NCBI GenBank assembly: GCA_035650735.1
Contig: DASRGZ010000111.1
Location: forward strand, 1-32,669
DNA: 32,669 nt
Source of the DNA: Chthonomonadaceae bacterium
GTDB taxonomy: Bacteria; Armatimonadota; Chthonomonadetes; Chthonomonadales; Chthonomonadaceae
Reading direction: 5' to 3'
Shown: piece after piece, positions 27,552 through 32,669 of the stretch
Position numbering within the stretch: the first letter of the stretch is position 1
How the letters are laid out: each line of letters begins with the position of its first letter
Notes under the pieces: model-generated
The model's input: the letters and a program-made list of their open reading frames with translations, nothing else
The model's database searches: none
Told to the model about the DNA's origin: nothing
Made by a program: the position numbers and the translations under genes

Positions 27552-27761
27552 ATGGCTGCGACGTTACAGGCGCATTGCCCGGCGATCCATTGCGAAGGCT
27601 GCGCCAATGCGATAAAACGCTCCCTCGGCAAGTTGGCCGGGGTTCATAGCGTGGAGGTAGACATCCCGGGCAAGAATGTGACCGTGCAATACGATGAGGC
27701 GCAGGTCGGTCCTGGCGCCATTCGCGAACGGCTGCTTCAAGCCGGTTTTGCGCCGGAGTAG
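27552..27761 (+). CDS. Heavy-metal-associated (CopZ-like) chaperone
   Basis: IHCEGC metal-binding motif in a 69-aa HMA-like sequence. Confidence 0.88.
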   Translation: MAATLQAHCPAIHCEGCANAIKRSLGKLAGVHSVEVDIPGKNVTVQYDEAQVGPGAIRERLLQAGFAPE

Positions 27762-27775
27762 AGGAGGACAGGGCG

Positions 27776-28318
27776 TTGCTGAAGGGCGAGAAGGTTATTC
27801 TGCGCGCCATTGAGCGGGAAGACTTGCCGCGCCTGTGTCAGTTCAATAACGACGTAGAGGTCGAGCTGGCGGGCATCGGCGATCCTCCCTTGCCGCAGGC
27901 GCTTGCCCGCTTGCAGGCAGAATTCGATCAGCAGGTCAGCAAGGGTGGGCGTGACGCTCCCTGGTTTGCCATTGAAGCCGACGGCAAGCTGATCGGCCCA
28001 TGCGCGCTGCATCGGTTCGATGAGATCGCCAGGACATGCGAACTGGGCATCGGCATCGGCGACAAGGTGTACTGGGGGCGCGGCTACGGGCGGGACGCCA
28101 TCCGCCTGCTGCTCCACTGGGCGTTCCGTTACCGCAACGTGCTCAAGGTCTGGCTGACAACGATGGCGACCAACGAGCGCGCTCTGCGTGCCTATCGCGC
28201 CTGCGGATTCGTGGAGGAGGGCCGCCTGCGCGAACATGCCTGGAGCGATGGCAAGTATGTAGATCTGGTCTATATGGGCATACTGCGCGATGAGTGGGAG
28301 CGCCAGGGGAGCGGATAG
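27776..28318 (+). CDS. GNAT acetyltransferase, RimJ/RimL-like
   Basis: LRAIEREDL, ELGIGIGDK.YWGRGYG, NERALRAY..CGFVEEG.LR. Confidence 0.92.
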   Translation: MLKGEKVILRAIEREDLPRLCQFNNDVEVELAGIGDPPLPQALARLQAEFDQQVSKGGRDAPWFAIEADGKLIGPCALHRFDEIARTCELGIGIGDKVYWGRGYGRDAIRLLLHWAFRYRNVLKVWLTTMATNERALRAYRACGFVEEGRLREHAWSDGKYVDLVYMGILRDEWERQGSG

Positions 28319-28329
28319 GAGGAGAGGCA

Positions 28330-29250
28330 ATGGCAAGCGCTTCTGGACGGATAGAGGGCCGCTGCGTACTCTGCGGCAAAACGCGCGAACAGGTCAAGAA
28401 ACTGATCCTGGGCGTGCATGGGGGCGTGTGCCTGGATTGCGTCGAGCTCTGCAACGACATCCTGCGCAGTGAGGGGCAGAGCACGCAGCCGAAGACGGCA
28501 GAGCCTACCCATCCGCCAACCGGCAAAGTGGCGATTGTGACCGGGGCCTCGCGCGGCATCGGCGCGGCGATTGCCAGGCGGCTGGCAAGGGATGGCGTGG
28601 CGGTCGTCGTCAACTACAACCGCAACGCGGAGGCTGCCGGGAAGCTCGTCGCCGAGATTGAGGCGAGGGGCGGGGCGGCGGTGGCTATCCAGGCGGATGT
28701 CGGCGTGCAGGAGCAGATTACGCAGATGTTCGCGCAGACGATGGAACGCTACGGACGGCTGGATATTCTGGTCAATAATGCGGGCGTAGCGGAGTTCCGT
28801 CCCCTGGAAGCGATAGATGAGGCCGATTTCCATCGCCAGTTCATTGTGAACGTGGGCGGCGTGCTCTTTGCCACGCAGGAGGCGGCGCGCTGCATAGGGA
28901 AGGAGGGCGGACGCATCATCAACATCACTTCGGGCGCGGCGCAGGCGGCCCCGCCCAGAACCTCGGTCTACAGCGCGACCAAAGCGGCGGTCCAGGCCAT
29001 GACCCGCAGCCACGCCGCCGAACTCGGCCCGCGCAACATCACCGTCAACGCCGTCGCGCCCGGCCCGACGGAAACCGATATGCTCCGGGAGGTCATTCCG
29101 CCGGAGCAGCAGCGCGTTATGATCGAGATGACGGCCCTGCGCCGCCTGGGTACGCCGGAAGACATCGCCGACGTGGTCGCATTCCTCGCCTCCGAGGAGG
29201 CCCGATGGGTGACCGGGCAGGTGATTGGCGTTAGTGGCGGACTGATCTGA
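28330..29250 (+). CDS. Short-chain dehydrogenase/reductase with an N-terminal ClpX C4 zinc-binding domain
   Basis: Residues 7-50 are identical to the local ClpX; then TGASRGIG, NNAG, YSATK, VAPG motifs; AGGAGG RBS before ATG 28330. Confidence 0.92.
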   Translation: MASASGRIEGRCVLCGKTREQVKKLILGVHGGVCLDCVELCNDILRSEGQSTQPKTAEPTHPPTGKVAIVTGASRGIGAAIARRLARDGVAVVVNYNRNAEAAGKLVAEIEARGGAAVAIQADVGVQEQITQMFAQTMERYGRLDILVNNAGVAEFRPLEAIDEADFHRQFIVNVGGVLFATQEAARCIGKEGGRIINITSGAAQAAPPRTSVYSATKAAVQAMTRSHAAELGPRNITVNAVAPGPTETDMLREVIPPEQQRVMIEMTALRRLGTPEDIADVVAFLASEEARWVTGQVIGVSGGLI

Positions 29251-29497
29251 TACCGCGTGATCGGCGCGTTCGGGAACCTCGCGTCTCTGCTGCCCGTCCC
29301 ATGATCGATTCGGGATACTTCATCGTACCCTGTCCCTCGCCTGGTGGCATGGCATGAAAGCGTGGTTGCCTCTCTCGCCAATTCCCTCGTAAACCACGGT
29401 GGCGCGAGGCGCTGCTTCTCGCATTGCCGGGAGGAGGGAACGGTTCCTCTCCGCCAGGTAAGGAACGGCCAGGGAGGGTTCCTATAGGAGCAGCAGA

Positions 29498-29908
29498 ATG
29501 CAAAAGACGGATCAGCGGGAAGGCGCGCAGGCCAATGCGGATACATGGGTGTCCGGCGGGCCAGGTCCTACCGAGGGGAAGGGCGTTATCGGTACCGGGG
29601 GCGTGGCTGAGAGAACCAGCATTACCGGCGAGGTAATGGAGGGATTGCGGGAGGAGGCTGGCCGCCACCCCGGCTTTGATGATGATATACGCGGCGTGGG
29701 AGCGACGGGCGGGGTTATCTCCGGCGAAATGTCAGGCCCGACGGGCGGTATGGGCTATACGGGCGGCGTTGGAATGCCGAACAAGGCGCTGGAAGGCCCC
29801 TTCCACGGCGTAGAGGACACCGCCGATGGCGAGCTAACCGGCGCTCCGCCAAACCAACCCAAGACAGGCGAACAGCCGCCTGAAAATGCGAATCCTGCCG
29901 AGCAGTGA
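29498..29908 (+). CDS. Gly-rich acidic hypothetical protein
   Basis: 136-aa ORF with AGGAG RBS; low-complexity and hydrophilic. Confidence 0.65.
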   Translation: MQKTDQREGAQANADTWVSGGPGPTEGKGVIGTGGVAERTSITGEVMEGLREEAGRHPGFDDDIRGVGATGGVISGEMSGPTGGMGYTGGVGMPNKALEGPFHGVEDTADGELTGAPPNQPKTGEQPPENANPAEQ

Positions 29909-29930
29909 TTGACTTCACCTCCGGCCCCAC

Positions 29931-29952
29931 AGCGGCAGGGTTTAGCCTGCCG
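29931..29952. repeat. REP-like 22-bp hairpin, copy 3 of 3
   Basis: Identical to 5868-5889; between convergent genes. Confidence 0.85.
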
Positions 29953-29968
29953 GGTAAGGTGTGAGGCG

Positions 29969-30943
29969 CTACCCGTTCACCGGGCCGTAGTAGAGGCCGC
30001 GCGCCTGCGCCAATCGCCGGCCAATGGCAAGCAGATCGCTCCGCTCGGCGGCGGAGAGCGGTGTGTAATGGCGCGCGGCCTCGGCAGCCTGCTTGACTTC
30101 CTCCGCATTGCTCAGGCCGATGACCGCGCAGGCCACGCCCGGTAGGCCGAGCGAGTAGCGAATGGCGCGGGAGTGATATTCGGCTAGCGTGCCGGGCGTC
30201 TTCCCATCGTACTGCCAGTTCTTCGCGCCGCCCAGCACTTTCATGGCAACAACGGCGGTGCCATGCTGCTGTGCGACGGGCAGCACCAGCCCCTCAAAAT
30301 CGTAGTTGTGGCGGTCGGCGAAGTTGAGCGCGTTCATCGTCAGGTCAATATCGCCGGTGGCAATGGCCGTGGCGAAGCGCTGCGGGCGCATGTGGCCGCT
30401 CGTGCCGATAAAGCGCAACAGACCCCGCTCCCGCGCCTCCTTCAGGCCGGCGATGGCCCCATCGGGCGTGAACAGCCGATCCATATCGAAGTCGCCCAGG
30501 TTATGGATATGCACGGCATCCACCTGAGCCACGCCCATGCGCTTCAGGCTCTCCTCCACCTGCCGCTGCACGCCCTGGCGATCCTGGCGGTCCGGGTTGA
30601 CCTTAGTCACGAGGAACAGGCCCTCGCGCCGAGTCTTGAGCACGCCTTTGAGCTTGTCCTCCGCGTTGCCGTAGTCGGGCGACACATCAATGTAGGTGAT
30701 CCCCTGATCCAGGGCGGCATGGACGACGGCCTCAGCCTGGGCGGTGGTCGTGTTGTTGCTGCCGAGGGGAGCCATGCCGATCCCGAGGATCGAAACCTTC
30801 TCTTTTGTGCGCCCCAGAACGCGCCGGGGCAGCGTGCCCTCCTGGTCGGCAGCGGAGCTCGCCGTTTCGGCCAGGCTGAGCGTAGTAAGGCTGCCTGCCG
30901 CGACGGCAGTGCCTTTCAGGAAATTACGTCGGCTGATTTGCAT
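29969..30943 (-). CDS. Aldo/keto reductase with a Tat signal peptide
   Basis: SRRNFLK Tat motif; LGRT...VS.LG.G, YID.SPDYG, LVTK, SLKRM...D..HIH, AMK.LGG. Confidence 0.9.
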   Translation of the reverse strand: MQISRRNFLKGTAVAAGSLTTLSLAETASSAADQEGTLPRRVLGRTKEKVSILGIGMAPLGSNNTTTAQAEAVVHAALDQGITYIDVSPDYGNAEDKLKGVLKTRREGLFLVTKVNPDRQDRQGVQRQVEESLKRMGVAQVDAVHIHNLGDFDMDRLFTPDGAIAGLKEARERGLLRFIGTSGHMRPQRFATAIATGDIDLTMNALNFADRHNYDFEGLVLPVAQQHGTAVVAMKVLGGAKNWQYDGKTPGTLAEYHSRAIRYSLGLPGVACAVIGLSNAEEVKQAAEAARHYTPLSAAERSDLLAIGRRLAQARGLYYGPVNG

Positions 30944-30971
30944 GGGAGGTCGCTCCTTCTCGATGGAAATG

Positions 30972-31805
30972 TCAAGGGCGCGGCTTGTGCGGCTGGGCGC
31001 GATGCGATCCCTTGTGTCTGCTTGCCGGGCGCCGACCCTCCGGCGCCTCGGCGGCTTGCGTAGCCAGCTCTATCGAGTCGGCGCTGCGCAGGATAGTATC
31101 TCCGTTGCGCAGCTCGACGTAGACGGTGCGCGGGCCGTTGCCCAGTTCCAATGTCCAATCCCGCTGTGACCGATAGGGCTCCCAGGGCGTCCAGTGCGTG
31201 CCGTCGTTGCTCAGGCGCATCTGCTCCGCCCAGCCGGAGCCGTAGATATAGAGCCGGACGTTTGGGCTGTGGGACTCTGCCGCCTCCCCGTTGATCACCA
31301 CCGGGTAGACGCCGAAGCGCGCGCCAAAGTCCTGAACCCAATAGGACTTGTATGTAGTGGCGCGGTTTACGGCATGCCCAACGCCTATTTCGCGGAAATG
31401 CGGGCTGAGAATATTAGCGCGGTGGCCGGGACTTTGCATCCAGCCCGCCACAACGCCGGCAGGGGTGTTCTGCCCAGCGGCGATGTTCTCCCCGATATAG
31501 TGATAGTGGCGATAGCCAAAGTCCGGCAGGCGCGGGTCAATGCTGCGCCCCTTGCTATCGGTATGATCGAACGTGTTGTGAGCCGCCATATCCCGGGCCA
31601 GCCAGGAGGCGGCCTGCTGCAAATGCTCCTCCAACTTCAGCGGCGGCAAACCGTGCGCGGCCCGCTCCGCGTTCGTCCGCTCCACCACCTGCCGCACGAG
31701 GCGATCTGTCGAACTGCCAGAATCGCCCTCCTGAGCCTGTATGCTATGGCTCGAAAGCGCCAATAGCAGAGCGCACACAGGCCAGAGTTGCAACCTGATA
31801 AGCAT
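30972..31805 (-). CDS. Secreted CAP (SCP-like) domain protein with a C-terminal beta domain
   Basis: Signal peptide, N.ER...GL.PL, GENIAAGQ, WMQSPGHRANIL, YWVQDFG. Confidence 0.9.
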   Translation of the reverse strand: MLIRLQLWPVCALLLALSSHSIQAQEGDSGSSTDRLVRQVVERTNAERAAHGLPPLKLEEHLQQAASWLARDMAAHNTFDHTDSKGRSIDPRLPDFGYRHYHYIGENIAAGQNTPAGVVAGWMQSPGHRANILSPHFREIGVGHAVNRATTYKSYWVQDFGARFGVYPVVINGEAAESHSPNVRLYIYGSGWAEQMRLSNDGTHWTPWEPYRSQRDWTLELGNGPRTVYVELRNGDTILRSADSIELATQAAEAPEGRRPASRHKGSHRAQPHKPRP

Positions 31806-32013
31806 AACTTCTTCTTTCTAAGTCCCCATGCGCATCCAGTCGCCGCTCTTCTTTGTACACTATCAGACGCGCCTGGCAAGCGTAAGTTCCACCGGCCCGG
31901 AGCGCGCCCCATCGCAGGAGGCCATCGGAGATTTCCTCTCCAGAATACCAGAAGCCGCAGGCCGGGTCAATACCGCCAAGGAGGACAATCACGCGGGAAA
32001 TCGCAGGAGCACC

Positions 32014-32042
32014 TTGACTTTCGGCGCAATTTGTGCTATACT
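32014..32042 (+). promoter_or_regulatory. Sigma-70 promoter TTGACT-17-TATACT with extended TG for the tRNA-tuf operon
   Basis: Near-consensus hexamers and spacing. Confidence 0.8.
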
Positions 32043-32123
32043 TGCACAGCTTACTCGGTGGACGCGCGATTTTCCACCGAGTAATACTTTGTCTGGCTCA
32101 GGAAGAGCCGGGCAAAGGCGCGC

Positions 32124-32205
32124 GGGGAGATTCCCGAGTGGCCAAAGGGAACTGACTGTAAATCAGTCGCGGAACGCTTCGGAGGTTCGAATCCTCCTCT
32201 CCCCA
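32124..32205 (+). tRNA. tRNA-Tyr (GTA)
   Basis: Acceptor stem GGGGAGA/TCTCCCC, anticodon arm ACTGA-CTGTAAA-TCAGT, long variable arm, GGTTCGAATCC; CCA not fully encoded. Confidence 0.97.
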
Positions 32206-32324
32206 CCGAACCGGGCCGTAACCTGAGGCAAGGAAATGGGAAACGGGGAAATGAGGAAATGAGTTTCATTTCCCCAGGGCTCCCTTTCTTCCATTTCCTT
32301 CTTTTGCATGTTGCGGCCCTCCCT

Positions 32325-32396
32325 GCCCACATAGCTCAGAGGTAGAGCACTTCTTTGGTAAAGAAGAGGTCCTGGGTCCGATTCCCAGTGTGGGCT
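32325..32396 (+). tRNA. tRNA-Thr (GGT)
   Basis: Acceptor stem GCCCACA/TGTGGGC, D-arm TAGCTCAGAGGTAGAGC, anticodon arm CTTCT-TTGGTAA-AGAAG; T-loop TCCGATT. Confidence 0.95.
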
Positions 32397-32528
32397 GGTT
32401 CTTTTTTATCCCCTCCGTCCCGCCGCGTTTGCCAACCCGCCCGGCGGCGGCCACGGATGGCTGCCTGAGCGGCGGCGCGCTCGCCCTCAGGCTTCTACTG
32501 GCTTAGGATTTCTGGAGGAAGAATACCC

Positions 32529-32669
32529 ATGGGAAAGCAGCGTTTTGAGCGGACCAAGCCCCATGTCAACATCGGCACCATCGGCCATGTCGACCACGGC
32601 AAGACCAGCCTCACCTCCGCCATCACTCGCGTCCTGGCCGACGCCGGCAAGGCCAAGGCCCTCAAGTAC
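32529..32669 (+). CDS. tuf: Elongation factor Tu (5' part, runs off the window)
   Basis: [37 protein letters not shown]; follows the tRNA genes. Confidence 0.98.
   Translation, partial: MGKQRFERTKPHVNIGTIGHVDHGKTSLTSAITRVLADAGKAKALKY

Noticed and set aside
28348..28479. ClpX zinc-domain copy as a simple assembly duplication
   Set aside because: The two copies differ at four positions, all synonymous, and have diverged but homologous leaders. A mis-joined duplicate should be identical.
32045..32120. Additional tRNA upstream of tRNA-Tyr
   Set aside because: Only two simple hairpins; no cloverleaf or T-loop.
32124..32396. Integrated element at the tRNA genes
   Set aside because: No integrase and no duplicated tRNA 3' end seen in the window.

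Overview
A GC-rich bacterial chromosomal window, probably Armatimonadota-like (inferred from protein style, not verified). It is mostly housekeeping and metabolic genes: proA, tig-clpP-clpX, transketolase, an XPB-type helicase, and tRNA-Tyr/tRNA-Thr-tuf. Intergenic regions carry many palindromic REP/MITE-like repeats. The most notable observations are: (1) a recent copy of the clpX zinc-binding domain (132 bp, 4 differences, all synonymous) fused in frame to a short-chain dehydrogenase 8 kb downstream; (2) a two-gene module of an uncharacterised helical protein and a divergent dCTP deaminase, a candidate nucleotide-depletion or defence system; (3) an exported glutathione peroxidase with an N-terminal CxxCH heme-c mini-domain; (4) an 82-bp IS1-like MITE with an 8-bp target duplication inserted in frame in a small gene within a decaying islet; (5) an McrB-like AAA+ protein with no adjacent McrC; (6) the first ~175 bp are a sigma-54 activator fragment on the minus strand joined to a CRTAC1-family gene, a probable chimeric junction. 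All family assignments come from motif recognition by eye; no database searches were run.
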